Assembly (NCBI GenBank): GCA_016839815.1
Contig: JAEOTM010000057.1
Coordinates: 26,346 to 90,345 of the forward strand
Length of the DNA: 64,000 nucleotides
From: Candidatus Hodarchaeota archaeon
GTDB lineage: Archaea; Asgardarchaeota; Heimdallarchaeia; Hodarchaeales; Hodarchaeaceae
Direction: 5' to 3'
Positions 20,316 to 30,989 of the stretch are shown here, in pieces. Position 1 is the first letter of the stretch. Every line of letters starts with the position of its first letter. The position numbers and the translations under genes were made by a program. The notes beneath the pieces were generated by a model. That model searched no databases. It had not been told where the DNA came from and worked only from the letters and a program-made list of their open reading frames with translations.

Positions 20316-21161
20316 TTAACCTGCTAATCTCCAAACAATTGCTTTCTTCTCCTTTGAAAGCCGTTTTACAACTCTATTTTCTTTCTCTAAGACAACTAAT
20401 GCGTTAGGAATACGATCTTTACAGTCATGTGAGATGACGGATGCTTTATCAATAATCTCTGCAGTAGTGGCTTCACCTAAGTCTTCTAGGATGGTAGATA
20501 TTGTGATTTTAGGATCAGGAAGTTTATTCATCAATCTTGTAGCCTCTATTACGAGAGTAATTCCAAGAATAACTTCAACCAACACAGCAATAAACACGCC
20601 GAGAGAAGAAAACCAGGTAAAACTAGGAAAAAATATGTGAGTCAGACTTTCTAGGAGATAACCCATAGATCCTCCTAATACTAGGAAGATACCTAAAAAA
20701 CTACTAAGGAATAATCCAAAAAAACGGGATTTGAAAGTTAAAAGTCCAATAAATATAAGATAGAACCCATAAACAATATGTGCTAGAAGAAACATGTTTA
20801 TAAAAAGCTTGATGTCAGCTAGAAGAAATACCATGCTAATAGTAAAAAGAATAACCTCTATAGACCTTGAAACTGAAGCAAATAATGAAAGTTTTCTACT
20901 TACAGACTTAAAAACATTGAAACCTGCTACAGTGACCATCAAATTAAAAAATAATATAATAAGCAAAGAAAATATTAGAACAAGAAAGATTAATCCATTA
21001 TCTACAAGATTCGCGACTGTTGTTCGGGTAGATTCTATCGGTACTGTAAATATCGTATCTAGAGAAAATAGTATGAGGAAAGTAAGAAAAGAGCTACCCA
21101 ATAATCCAATTCCCACGTTTCTCGCACACATTCGTCTTGTTAAAGGTATCTCTTGATTCAA
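20316..21161 (-). CDS. DUF4386-like membrane protein fused to a C-terminal winged helix
   Basis: Multiple TM helices with FKSVSRKLSLFASVSRSIE; C-terminal ILEDLGEATTAEII...LEKENRV...IVWRL. Confidence 0.6.
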   Translation of the reverse strand: MNQEIPLTRRMCARNVGIGLLGSSFLTFLILFSLDTIFTVPIESTRTTVANLVDNGLIFLVLIFSLLIILFFNLMVTVAGFNVFKSVSRKLSLFASVSRSIEVILFTISMVFLLADIKLFINMFLLAHIVYGFYLIFIGLLTFKSRFFGLFLSSFLGIFLVLGGSMGYLLESLTHIFFPSFTWFSSLGVFIAVLVEVILGITLVIEATRLMNKLPDPKITISTILEDLGEATTAEIIDKASVISHDCKDRIPNALVVLEKENRVVKRLSKEKKAIVWRLAG

Positions 21162-21307
21162 TTATTATCCTCTCTTTCTTAGTTAGAACCTTTGAGTGAA
21201 TCTTTGATTCGGATTGAATGTAAACTAGAATTTAAATATGGGTAAATAGGAACTCTCAGAGACATTAGAACATAGATCCTGAGGATCAATCAGATTTGAT
21301 TGATTCT

Positions 21308-22126
21308 TTACTTTGGTTTGGTAGCTTTTAAAGAAAACATTAGGGGAATCTTCTGAAATTTGTCAGGTAGGTGCCACCACCCCTCTCTTTCTTCCAGAAA
21401 AGGATACATTTCCCAAGAAATAAATGGAAATTCATGAATAAATTCAATCTGCAGGCCAGCATCTATTAAATTATTCACAATATATCCTAAATCATGTACC
21501 CAACCATATTCTCTAGTATTTTTTATTTTAACATCTCCACTCGCATAGGAGGAATCATAATCAAATGCTAAAGGTTCATCTTGATGAAAATAAGGATATC
21601 GAACCCGTAGTTCTGATTCATGTTCATCATCGAAAATTAACGCAGTAGGATGGCCTTCAGCAATATAAAAGAAACCACCTGGCTTTAAGTAATATGCAAT
21701 CATTTCAGCCCATTTCTTCAACTCTGGAAGCCAATAAATTGCCCCATGACTTGTGAACACAATATCAAACGACTCTTTAGTAAGGTCTGTCTGATCTAAT
21801 TTTTGTATTTCTGTTTGAATAAAGGTAGCATTGATCTCTAGTTCTTTACTGAGCTCTGAAGCTAGTCTGATCGCATTAGAGGAGAAATCAACACCTGTTA
21901 CACTCGCTCCAAGTCTTGCCCAAGATAATGTGTCTTTTCCAAAATGACATTGGAAATGTAATAATTTTTTTCCTTCTACATCTCCAACTTCTTTAACTTC
22001 CAAATCACTAATTGATATCCCTCCTTCTCGGAATTTCTTAATGTTATAAAATTCACTATCAAAATGAACTTCCGCGAGTTCTTCCCATCGTTTTTTATTC
22101 TCTTGAATGTAGTCTTTCATAACCAT
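21308..22126 (-). CDS. Class I SAM-dependent methyltransferase
   Basis: LLHFQCHFG motif I variant, GVDFS, FDIVF, LKPGG. Confidence 0.9.
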   Translation of the reverse strand: MVMKDYIQENKKRWEELAEVHFDSEFYNIKKFREGGISISDLEVKEVGDVEGKKLLHFQCHFGKDTLSWARLGASVTGVDFSSNAIRLASELSKELEINATFIQTEIQKLDQTDLTKESFDIVFTSHGAIYWLPELKKWAEMIAYYLKPGGFFYIAEGHPTALIFDDEHESELRVRYPYFHQDEPLAFDYDSSYASGDVKIKNTREYGWVHDLGYIVNNLIDAGLQIEFIHEFPFISWEMYPFLEEREGWWHLPDKFQKIPLMFSLKATKPK

Positions 22127-22153
22127 TCTCCAAAAATTTTTTCTCTTTTGTCA

Positions 22154-22708
22154 CTAAAGGATAGGTTTCAATTTGTGATTAAATTTCTGACGGATCTTTG
22201 ATATTTTAGGTGATATAACAAACGAGCAATAGGCTTGTGTAGGATTATTTTTGTAATAATCTTGATGATAATCCTCGGCAGGATAGAAAATGTTAAATGG
22301 AGTTAATTCTGTGACAATTGGATCCTTCCAAATCTTTTTTTGTTCTAGAGATTTGATTGCATATGCAGCCTCTTCCCATTGACTATCAGAATGAAAAAAA
22401 ATCACTGATCGATACTGTGTTCCAATATCATTTCCTTGTCTATTGAGCTGTGTGGGATCATGTATAGCAAAGAAGATTTCTAAGATTTCATTAAAGGAAA
22501 TAACTTTTGGATCAAACGAAATTTGTACAACTTCCGCATGACCCGTTGTCCCTGTGCATACTTGTTCATATGTAGGGTTATTAACTTTCCCACCCGAATA
22601 ACCAGAAATTACCTTGGTAACTCCTTGAATTTCCGAAAAAATTGCTTCAAGACACCAAAAACAACCTCCTCCCAGAATAGCTACTGATTTAGATCCATCG
22701 GTGGGCAT
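22154..22708 (-). CDS. msrA: Peptide-methionine (S)-S-oxide reductase
   Basis: GGCFWC, TGHAE, GTQYRS, AEDYHQ. Confidence 0.97.
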   Translation of the reverse strand: MPTDGSKSVAILGGGCFWCLEAIFSEIQGVTKVISGYSGGKVNNPTYEQVCTGTTGHAEVVQISFDPKVISFNEILEIFFAIHDPTQLNRQGNDIGTQYRSVIFFHSDSQWEEAAYAIKSLEQKKIWKDPIVTELTPFNIFYPAEDYHQDYYKNNPTQAYCSFVISPKISKIRQKFNHKLKPIL

Positions 22709-22800
22709 ACCAATTCACTTCTTGCTATATGAATCAGTAATTCATATGTGTAAATCCAATTTTCTCCGATTTTCATATTTCTTGTATCTTTACGGAATCA

Positions 22801-23772
22801 TTACTCTATCGCAACAACTATTCTCCCCTTAGCATGACCTGTTTCGTAATGTCGATGAGCATCAGCAATTTGATGTAAGGGATACACTTTGTCAATGACT
22901 GATTTGATCTTGCCTTTTTCAATCCATTCCCTTAGCAAATTAAGATCATCAAAATTTCCCAACATCCCTGATTTAATTTTCTTGTTAGTAAATTTACTAG
23001 TAATCATTTGAAGTAGGTGCTTTTTTGGGTTATAAAAATCAACAGTTATGTAAACTCCTTTTTCTGTTAGAGAATTCTTACACTTTGAGAATGTACTTTT
23101 TCCAACAGCATCGAATATAGTATCATAGACTTGACCATTTTTAGTGAAATCCTCTTCTCTATAATCAATTACATAATCTGCACCAAGGTCTTTTACCATA
23201 CTCAGATTACTTGTCCCACATACACCAGTAACTTCAGTTTCATATACATGTTTAGCAATTTGTACAGCAAGAGTACCAATTCCACCTGAAGCACCATTGA
23301 TAAGAATAGTTTGACCTGGCTTAATTTTCGCCAAATCTTTAAGAGCAGCTAATGCAGGTATCGCACCACCGACTACTGAGGCAGCTTCTTGAAAACTCAT
23401 GTTGGAGGGTTTTATGGCTAACTCCGCATTGGCGGAAATAGTCATATATTCAGCACACGCACCACCTTTCTTGGAAAGTCCATAAACCTGATCACCTTTC
23501 TTGTAATTTGTCACTTTATTCCCTACAGAAACAATTTCACCCGAAAAATCTAACCCTGGGATCTTCACTCGCGGTTTACGGATTCCGCTCATGAATATTC
23601 TATCAATTCCTGAAAGTACCTTTCTTCCACTTCGAAACGTAATATCCATCGCTTGCATTGCTGATGCATAATTTCTTATTAGCACTTCATTCTCTTTGGG
23701 GGTTGGTTTCTCTAAATCCTTTATTTTTAAAACTTCAGGAGGACCAAAATTTTCACAAACTATACCTTTCAT
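22801..23772 (-). CDS. MDR-family NAD(P)-dependent oxidoreductase (Zn-independent)
   Basis: PGLDFSGEI, INGASGGIG, GADYVIDY, GHAKGRIV. Confidence 0.9.
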   Translation of the reverse strand: MKGIVCENFGPPEVLKIKDLEKPTPKENEVLIRNYASAMQAMDITFRSGRKVLSGIDRIFMSGIRKPRVKIPGLDFSGEIVSVGNKVTNYKKGDQVYGLSKKGGACAEYMTISANAELAIKPSNMSFQEAASVVGGAIPALAALKDLAKIKPGQTILINGASGGIGTLAVQIAKHVYETEVTGVCGTSNLSMVKDLGADYVIDYREEDFTKNGQVYDTIFDAVGKSTFSKCKNSLTEKGVYITVDFYNPKKHLLQMITSKFTNKKIKSGMLGNFDDLNLLREWIEKGKIKSVIDKVYPLHQIADAHRHYETGHAKGRIVVAIE

Positions 23773-23774
23773 TT

Positions 23775-24518
23775 TTATTCTTCTCCTATCGTTTTTCCTT
23801 TCAGTTGTTTACTTCTTAAAAATATAGCTATCAAATCTAAGGTATTTGTAACAATCGTTTCTTCTTCCAAACCAATTCTCTTTAACATTGGTTTATTTAA
23901 ATCCATTCCAAAAACTATTCCAGAAATCATCACATAAAGATGATTAACAGCCTGTTCAGCTTCTAGTTCATTGTCGATACTACCATCCTTTTTTCCATTT
24001 TTAACAGCTCTGATCCATAATTCAGCGTTTTTAGCAAGTCCTATATAGAAATTTATCATGTTAAGTTCTTCTAAATAACTAACCACTTTTTCTGTTTTTC
24101 TAGTTCCCTTACTTTCAACGACATACTCATGTATATCTTCGATGGGTATATCTTTATCAGTAATGTACTTATAGAACTCTGCTAATATAGAAAAGAATAC
24201 TAGCATCTCACGTCTTCCTTTGAAAGAATTATCACAAAAGAATAATAGTTGTTCAATACCAGTTAATTGAGAGGGAAAATTATTTTCAGTGTATTCATTC
24301 GCATCTTGAAGTATTTGTGCACCTAAACCAAAAAAAATGTCATTCTTGTTTTTAAAATAATTATATATCGTTTTTCTACTTACAAATGCTTCTTCGGCGA
24401 TATCCTCTACTGTGACATCATTAATTTGTTTTTCTAAGAGAAGTTCATGTGTAACTTTCAGGATTTCCATTCCAGTCCTTTCTTTTTTTCTATTACGTAA
24501 CTTTTGTTTCTTTGACAC
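23775..24518 (-). CDS. TetR/AcrR family regulator
   Basis: VTVEDIAEEAFVSRKTIYNYFKNK. GTG start at 24518 is preceded by GAGG; the ORF track uses TTG at 24539. Confidence 0.88.
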   Translation of the reverse strand: MSKKQKLRNRKKERTGMEILKVTHELLLEKQINDVTVEDIAEEAFVSRKTIYNYFKNKNDIFFGLGAQILQDANEYTENNFPSQLTGIEQLLFFCDNSFKGRREMLVFFSILAEFYKYITDKDIPIEDIHEYVVESKGTRKTEKVVSYLEELNMINFYIGLAKNAELWIRAVKNGKKDGSIDNELEAEQAVNHLYVMISGIVFGMDLNKPMLKRIGLEEETIVTNTLDLIAIFLRSKQLKGKTIGEE

Positions 24519-24623
24519 TGATTTTACTTCCTCTCGCAATTATAACAATACAGTCAACGTAAAATTCACAGTATATATAAAGTTTCACATCCAAAGTATT
24601 TATATACTTATTGTGAAAATTTA

Positions 24624-24636
24624 TACATGCCATGTA
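24624..24636. promoter_or_regulatory. Candidate TetR operator (6-1-6 inverted repeat)
   Basis: TACATG-C-CATGTA between the divergent tetR and DUF4386 genes. Confidence 0.35.
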
Positions 24637-24663
24637 AACTTTGGTTTCAATTTGGTGAGTATC

Positions 24664-25326
24664 ATGAATGTTAATCAAACTTGGAAAAATTTGTATAAAG
24701 CAAGTGGGCTTTCTCTGTTCACATCTGCTTTAATTGTAATTATATTCGTACTATTTGTAATTGGTACGCAACAAACCCTTCCACTCCCTGCAGAGGAAAC
24801 CCTTGAAGATCCTGTCTTTCCAATCGCTCTTTTCATTTTTGCCGTGATTGGAGAGATGCTTTTGATGCTTGGAATGCTAGGGCTATACTCTTCTCTGAAA
24901 GATGATAACCAGACTTCCATGTTATTTGCAGCCACATTATGGATAACAGCAGTCATCATGTTCCTAGTTTCCCGTGGTTTAATCATTACACTTCTTTCGG
25001 TAAGCGATATGTACATTTCTGCTGCGAGTGAAAGCATGAAAACCTCATATTTGGCATTGGCCGAATATACAATAGAGTTACAAAACACTTTCGCAACAAT
25101 GGCTTTAATTCTCCTTAATGCTGCAACTATAATTATAGGTTGGGTTATGCTGAAAACAAAAATATTTGGTGAACGTTTAGGTTACTTGACTGTCATTGCT
25201 GGCATATATACTCTCTTTACGCCATTCCTAGTTATTATGGGTTTTCCTATACTGGGATTTATTGGCTTAGTGTTATCATTCGCTTGGCAAGCGTTTGCAG
25301 GTTTCAAACTCTATAAACTCGGTTAG
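24664..25326 (+). CDS. DUF4386-like membrane protein
   Basis: ATG 24664 (MNVNQTW) after GGTGA; multiple TM helices. The ORF-track extension to 24412 overlaps tetR. Confidence 0.65.
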   Translation: MNVNQTWKNLYKASGLSLFTSALIVIIFVLFVIGTQQTLPLPAEETLEDPVFPIALFIFAVIGEMLLMLGMLGLYSSLKDDNQTSMLFAATLWITAVIMFLVSRGLIITLLSVSDMYISAASESMKTSYLALAEYTIELQNTFATMALILLNAATIIIGWVMLKTKIFGERLGYLTVIAGIYTLFTPFLVIMGFPILGFIGLVLSFAWQAFAGFKLYKLG

Positions 25327-25437
25327 GATATCTTCACCTTCTTTTTTTTATTTCCATCTATGCTTCATATATCAAACTGTAAAAGAATTACCAGTTTCAT
25401 TTCATATATAATCTAACTCAAAGTTTCCTCTCTAACT

Positions 25438-27336
25438 ATGAATTCTCTTCACGAACCAGAGAAAAATCCAAATAACTTACATTCCGATCAAACCGCTGAC
25501 TTAAAAACAGTTCTCATGATTGCTATTCCTTTTGGACTCTTCTTCAACTTTATTAATTTGTACCTATCAATTTCCATGGGTTTCATCTCCATTGGTTTGG
25601 GGGGAATCTTTGCTTTGTTACTAGGGAAATTCATTCTTAGTAAGAAAGGAATTGATAAACGATCAAATTTAACTCTTATTGCAATCGCCTTTGGTGCTAG
25701 CCTTTCAGCTGAAGCTAGTCGTACATTACTGTTTTTAATCTGGCTTGCATTGAATGCGGATGGAATTGGTGATTTTGGTTTTGAACGTCCCTCCTGGTTA
25801 CTCCCTGGAGATGAGATTATATCCAATACGATTATATTTAGCGATACTTGGATTCAACCTATCTTATTACATTGGTTTTTAATGCTTGTACCAGGTGTTA
25901 TGGGTATCTTTCTTGGATTGTTGTTGAAAAATCGATTTATTCATGATGATGAAGAATATCCATTCCCAGATCAGATAATCCAAACCGAAGTTATTAATGT
26001 GTTGACAGAACAAACTGAAAAATTACCTCTTTTCGCAAAATCTGCATTAATTGGATTTATAGTGAGTGCAGGAACATTATTTCTAGGTTTTAGTTATATT
26101 GATATTTCTCAACCTCAGAATGGGTGGATCTTAGGACTATCACTTGGGATCATAGGAGTTGCTTTGTTTTCAGTTGGATTCATCATTAATAGACCAAAAA
26201 TGACCTTCGCAGCAGGTATTGCGTCTATCTGTATCTATGGCCCTGTGTTAGGCCCATTACTTTTGGAAAAGTCCCCTGAAGGAACTGAATTTTATACTTT
26301 TTTTGTCTCGGGGTTGGAGGATGTGTATTTATCATTTACGATTGGTTTTTTACTTGGAGCATTAATATTATCTGGGATTTTCTACTCTATAATCAAGAAG
26401 ATCTTCCCTAAGTTAGTAAAAAATAACACATCGAAAAAAAATAACTCTATCGATTCTTGTTCTGAAACCTTAACCGATGAAGAGGAGAAGGATGAAATCG
26501 ATACTCCTCAAATTTATACAGGTAAAGAGAGCAATTGGAAAGACACGATTCTCACGGTGAGGACCCTAAACTTTATCTTGGTGTATGGTGTTTTACTCCT
26601 TCTGTGCGTTGCATTTGTGTATTACTTCAGAATTCTTGGAGATAATCTTCTTATAACATTTTTAGTCGTGTTTTGGATAATGGGGATCGGTTCTGTAGTC
26701 ACTTTCTACATATCTATCTCAAGTGCTGCAAAATCATCAACTTCTATCTCTCCTCCATTTATCTTCGATTTATTACCCATTTATCTTGTGGGTATTCGTA
26801 ATAAGTATACACCATTTATAGCTACACCTGTACCAGAAATTCGAGAGGGAAGAACTCTTGTGGTTGCATATAAATTGGCACAGATGACAAAAACTGATGA
26901 CATATTTGTCCTAAAGACTTTCTTTGTGGGTTACCTTGCCGCAGCGATGACAACTCCCTTCTTTGCTTTGATTCTGTGGTCTACAATCGGTATTGGAACT
27001 CCAGAATTTCCTGCACCTACATTTCCGTTTGAAGCTGCTCTATTATCAGTGTTTGCATCAGGAGACATAGGCGCTGTCATTGAACTTGGTGAATTGTTAC
27101 TAGGAGGTCTTTTGGGTATGTTGGCTGGGGCTAATATGGGATTAGGTTTTGTATTAGCCTTTTTCTTTCCTCCACACATGGCTATTCCCATTACCCTGGG
27201 AGGAGTGCTGAGAGTATTAGCAAACAAACAATATGGTATAGAAAAAGTGAAAGATAAAGGAGTTACCATCTTGACAGGAGTTAGTGTAGGTGCAAGTGCA
27301 GTATTAATCCCCTTAGTAATACTAAGTCTCTTGTGA
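25438..27336 (+). CDS. OPT/YSL-family oligopeptide transporter
   Basis: NLYLSISMG, YPFP, FPAP motif; many TM helices. Confidence 0.75.
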   Translation: MNSLHEPEKNPNNLHSDQTADLKTVLMIAIPFGLFFNFINLYLSISMGFISIGLGGIFALLLGKFILSKKGIDKRSNLTLIAIAFGASLSAEASRTLLFLIWLALNADGIGDFGFERPSWLLPGDEIISNTIIFSDTWIQPILLHWFLMLVPGVMGIFLGLLLKNRFIHDDEEYPFPDQIIQTEVINVLTEQTEKLPLFAKSALIGFIVSAGTLFLGFSYIDISQPQNGWILGLSLGIIGVALFSVGFIINRPKMTFAAGIASICIYGPVLGPLLLEKSPEGTEFYTFFVSGLEDVYLSFTIGFLLGALILSGIFYSIIKKIFPKLVKNNTSKKNNSIDSCSETLTDEEEKDEIDTPQIYTGKESNWKDTILTVRTLNFILVYGVLLLLCVAFVYYFRILGDNLLITFLVVFWIMGIGSVVTFYISISSAAKSSTSISPPFIFDLLPIYLVGIRNKYTPFIATPVPEIREGRTLVVAYKLAQMTKTDDIFVLKTFFVGYLAAAMTTPFFALILWSTIGIGTPEFPAPTFPFEAALLSVFASGDIGAVIELGELLLGGLLGMLAGANMGLGFVLAFFFPPHMAIPITLGGVLRVLANKQYGIEKVKDKGVTILTGVSVGASAVLIPLVILSLL

Positions 27337-27381
27337 ATAATTTTATAGTTACAACTGAGTAGAGGTGAGAGTCAATAGAAA

Positions 27382-28431
27382 GTGATTCTCATGCAGGAAA
27401 ATACGATCCTTGAGCTATATGAGTCGATGTATCGCAGTCGGTATTTAGAGGAAAAAATTGCTCATCTTTGGTATGATGGACTTATTTATGGGGAAATGCA
27501 TCTTGGTATTGGAGAAGAAGCAATCATTGCTGGGGTTATATCACACTTAATTCCAGGTGATGCCATTGCGACGGATCATCGGAGTACTCCACCATTTGTG
27601 ATGAGAGGGGTTGACCTCAAAACCCTATTACTAGAGCTACTAGGACATCCTAAAGGATTATGTTTAGGATTGGGAGGACACATGCACTTATTTGATAAAG
27701 AACGTTTATTAACATCATCAGGAATTGTAGGATCATCTGGACCTTCCGCAGCGGGTTTTGCACTTGCTGCAAAATATAAGAAAACCAAAAATATTGCTGT
27801 GGCATTTTTTGGAGAGGGAAGTATGAATCAAGGAATGTTATTGGAATCAATGAACCTTGCTGCTAGTATGCAACTTCCAGTGTTGTTCGTCTGTAAAGAT
27901 AATAATTGGGCTATTACAACGCGTTCCAATGAGGTCACAGGTGGCGTGTTATTAGATCGAGTACGAGGATTTGGTATAGAGGCAAGGGAAGTAGATGGTT
28001 CAGATGTGTCTGCAGTGTGGAAATCGGTTCAAACTGCTATTCCAAGGCTACGGAATAATCCTAAGTCTCCCTATTTTATTCAAGCCTACTGTACTCACCA
28101 CGAGGGTCATTTTCTAGGTGATCCACTGCTCAGGTTTCATCGTGCACCTAAAAAAGAATTTGGTGCAGTTACAGGTCCGCTAACAAGATCAATGCTCCAT
28201 TATAAAGGAGGTCGCATAGATAAAAGGATTGGTAGTGTAACGAAAGTCCTTTCGTTGATTGCAAAGGCAAGATCACAGTTAAAAGAATCGAACGATCCGA
28301 TACTACTCTTGGAAAATGAACAAAAAGCTCTTGGAGAGCAATTTGCACTAATAAAAACCAAGATCTCGACTGAGATCAATTCACTTATAGATGAAATAGA
28401 AGTGATGATACAGGAGGAAAGAGCATTATGA
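27382..28431 (+). CDS. ThDP-dependent dehydrogenase E1 alpha (acetoin/pyruvate DH type)
   Basis: HLGIGEEA, DHR, GGHMH, FGEGSMNQG...KDNN. Confidence 0.9.
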   Translation: MILMQENTILELYESMYRSRYLEEKIAHLWYDGLIYGEMHLGIGEEAIIAGVISHLIPGDAIATDHRSTPPFVMRGVDLKTLLLELLGHPKGLCLGLGGHMHLFDKERLLTSSGIVGSSGPSAAGFALAAKYKKTKNIAVAFFGEGSMNQGMLLESMNLAASMQLPVLFVCKDNNWAITTRSNEVTGGVLLDRVRGFGIEAREVDGSDVSAVWKSVQTAIPRLRNNPKSPYFIQAYCTHHEGHFLGDPLLRFHRAPKKEFGAVTGPLTRSMLHYKGGRIDKRIGSVTKVLSLIAKARSQLKESNDPILLLENEQKALGEQFALIKTKISTEINSLIDEIEVMIQEERAL

Positions 28432-29444
28432 GGAAGATGAGTTTTGCAGATGCTATAGAAAGTGCTCTAAAGCAAGTAATGAAGAATGATCCCAAAATTT
28501 TCCTCATAGGAGAAGATTTGCATACACTACGAGTTAATCTTTTAGCTCAATTTGGTAAAGAGCGAGTTATTTCCGCTCCCATTAGTGAAAGTGCATTTTT
28601 AGGTGCCGGAGTTACAGCTGCCATGGCAGGCCTTCATCCGATTGTAGAAATCATGTTAATTGATTTTATTGGGGTAGCTATTGATGCTTTACTCAATCAT
28701 GCAGCAAAAATAAGGACTTTTTCAGGGAATAAGTGGAATGTTCCATTAGTAGTTCGAGCAAGTTGTGGGGGAGGTTATGGAGATGGTGGACAGCATGAAC
28801 AATCATTATGGGGATGGCTTGCTCATATTCCTGGACTTAACGTTGTTGTACCATCTAATCCGTCCGATGCAGGAAGATTACTTCTTTCCGCGATAGAAGA
28901 TGAAGATCCAGTTGTTTATCTCGAACACAAAATGCTCGCTGATTATTGGCTAGATTACATGGGAACTGGAGGTCGAGAGAAGATAACTTTCAACGTTCCT
29001 GCATTGGGAGCATTTGGAGATGTTCCAGATAAATGGACAGCTCTTCCTATAGGTAAAGGAAAAGTTGTTCGAGAGGGATCAGACCTTTCATTGATTAGTC
29101 TAGGGGTCTCAGTACACAGATGTTTAGAAGTTGCTGAATTATTTGCAGAGAAAGGAGTTTCTATTGAAGTTATTGACCTATTATGGGTTTCACCTCTTGA
29201 TAAAAGACTGATAATTAATTCTGTATCAAAAACCAAGCGGGTTATTGTAGTAGATGAGGATTATTTGCAATTTGGATTATCAGGAGAAGTCGCAGCTGTC
29301 TTAGCCGAAGAACTTGAATTCAAATATCAATTTGGAAGGGTTTGCACCGAATATACTATTCCTTTTAATCGAACCTTAGAAGACAATATCTTACCAAATG
29401 TAAATCGTATTCTCGAAGTTGCTAACGGATTCACATATGAATAA
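28428..29444 (+). CDS. ThDP-dependent dehydrogenase E1 beta
   Basis: IGED, APISESA, EIMLIDF, GQHEQ, LEHK, VDE. Confidence 0.9.
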   Translation: MRKMSFADAIESALKQVMKNDPKIFLIGEDLHTLRVNLLAQFGKERVISAPISESAFLGAGVTAAMAGLHPIVEIMLIDFIGVAIDALLNHAAKIRTFSGNKWNVPLVVRASCGGGYGDGGQHEQSLWGWLAHIPGLNVVVPSNPSDAGRLLLSAIEDEDPVVYLEHKMLADYWLDYMGTGGREKITFNVPALGAFGDVPDKWTALPIGKGKVVREGSDLSLISLGVSVHRCLEVAELFAEKGVSIEVIDLLWVSPLDKRLIINSVSKTKRVIVVDEDYLQFGLSGEVAAVLAEELEFKYQFGRVCTEYTIPFNRTLEDNILPNVNRILEVANGFTYE

Positions 29445-29480
29445 ATACAATGAAAGTAGGGATAGTTTGGGTGATTATGG

Positions 29481-29690
29481 TTGGAACCAATAGATTATGA
29501 AGCAGAATACGAAGAGATCAAGCGTGTTTTACAAGAACATGGAGGGGAATTAGAATATCGTACACTAAATGAAATATTAGCCGATAAATTCGAAGGTATT
29601 CGTTTACGACTCAAAACGATGAAGGAAAAGGGATTTGTCGACTTTGAAGGTGTTGTACCATCCTTTGATTCAAAAATACGGTTAGTCTAA
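29481..29690 (+). CDS. Small winged-helix-like hypothetical protein
   Basis: GGTGA upstream of a TTG start; helix-helix-helix-wing pattern (LKTMKEKGFVDF). Confidence 0.6.
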   Translation: MEPIDYEAEYEEIKRVLQEHGGELEYRTLNEILADKFEGIRLRLKTMKEKGFVDFEGVVPSFDSKIRLV

Positions 29691-29698
29691 CAAAAAAA

Positions 29699-30727
29699 TT
29701 ATAGACTTGGCTCCTCTGAAATTTTTATTATGAGTTTACCTTTGTTGGAACCGTCAAAAAGTTTGTTGAGGGATTTAGGAGCATTTTCTAGCCCATCAAT
29801 AATTTCTTCTCTGTAGTGCAATCTCCCTTTAGCATACCAACTGTACAAATTCTTAAATGCTTCATCCATTCGCTTAAAATAATCGGTAACAATGAATCCT
29901 GTCACTGTAGCCCGTTTAGTTAAGATATTAGGGAAATTGTATGGGCCTGGAACTCTTTCAGTCGCGTTGTACTGCGAAATGAGTCCACATAAGATTATTC
30001 GGGCATGGAGTCTTAAGTTTCCTAGGGCTGCATCCAGTATTTTCCCCCCAACGTTTGCGAAGAAAATGTCAATACCTTCGGGAGCTAATTCTTTCAAACG
30101 ATTAAAAACTGACTCCGTCTTATAATTGATTGCAGCGTCAAATTCTAAGGTTTGAGTCAACCAATTGCATTTTTCTTCTGTTCCAGCAATTCCAATCACA
30201 CGACAGTCTTGGATTTTACCTATTTGACCAACTAATGATCCAACTGCACCAGCAGCAGCAGAGATTACAAGGGTTTCTCCTTCCTTGGGTTTTCCAATAT
30301 CCATTAGCCCAAAATATGCAGTTAAGCCAATCATTCCGAACAAATTCAGGTATGCAGACAGGGGAACATTAGAAAATGAAGGTATTTTGGTCATCCAACC
30401 TGATCCATCACTAACAAAATAATCTTGCCAGCCTAGTAATCCAGTAACTATATCTCCCGCTTTGAACTCAGCATTGTTACTTTCCTTAACTATTCCAAGT
30501 CCAATTCCTCTCATCACACTACCAAGTTTGACAGGAGGGACATATGTTTCAACAGGATTCATCCATCCCCTATTTGTCGGATCAAGGGATAAGTACAGGT
30601 TTTGAATCAGAAATTCTCCCGTTTTCAATTCTGGAATACTACTCTCTATCATATCAAAGTCTGATTCCTGTATTAAGCCAACTGGACGACTTCTCAAGAG
30701 CCATTGACGGTTGATGTCCTTAGTCAT
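29699..30727 (-). CDS. NADP-dependent alkenal/prostaglandin reductase family (CurA/PTGR-like)
   Basis: YLSLDP, GLTAYFGL, SAAAGAVGS, CGLISQYN, GSNKGKL. Confidence 0.92.
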   Translation of the reverse strand: MTKDINRQWLLRSRPVGLIQESDFDMIESSIPELKTGEFLIQNLYLSLDPTNRGWMNPVETYVPPVKLGSVMRGIGLGIVKESNNAEFKAGDIVTGLLGWQDYFVSDGSGWMTKIPSFSNVPLSAYLNLFGMIGLTAYFGLMDIGKPKEGETLVISAAAGAVGSLVGQIGKIQDCRVIGIAGTEEKCNWLTQTLEFDAAINYKTESVFNRLKELAPEGIDIFFANVGGKILDAALGNLRLHARIILCGLISQYNATERVPGPYNFPNILTKRATVTGFIVTDYFKRMDEAFKNLYSWYAKGRLHYREEIIDGLENAPKSLNKLFDGSNKGKLIIKISEEPSL

Positions 30728-30989
30728 ACTTCAATCTCCAATAAAATGGATATAAAGATAATCTAGCAATTCGACTATAATTCTTTTTTAAATTCACTTC
30801 GTAGAATGACATCCCGTAATTTTAGGTAATTAAGTAATTTCCGCATATTTTCTTCAAAAAAATCAGTAGAGGAATTTAAAGGATTAAACGAACCAAACTC
30901 TTTTATTGTTCTTAACTTACCAGAAAGTAAGTTGAGTTTTTAAAAAGAAATATAGAGATAGGAGAGAATGAATAATACCAATGTAAAAA

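Noticed and set aside
24412-24663. N-terminal extension of the 304-aa ORF
   Set aside because: It overlaps tetR antisense and the divergent promoter; ATG 24664 has an SD-like motif.
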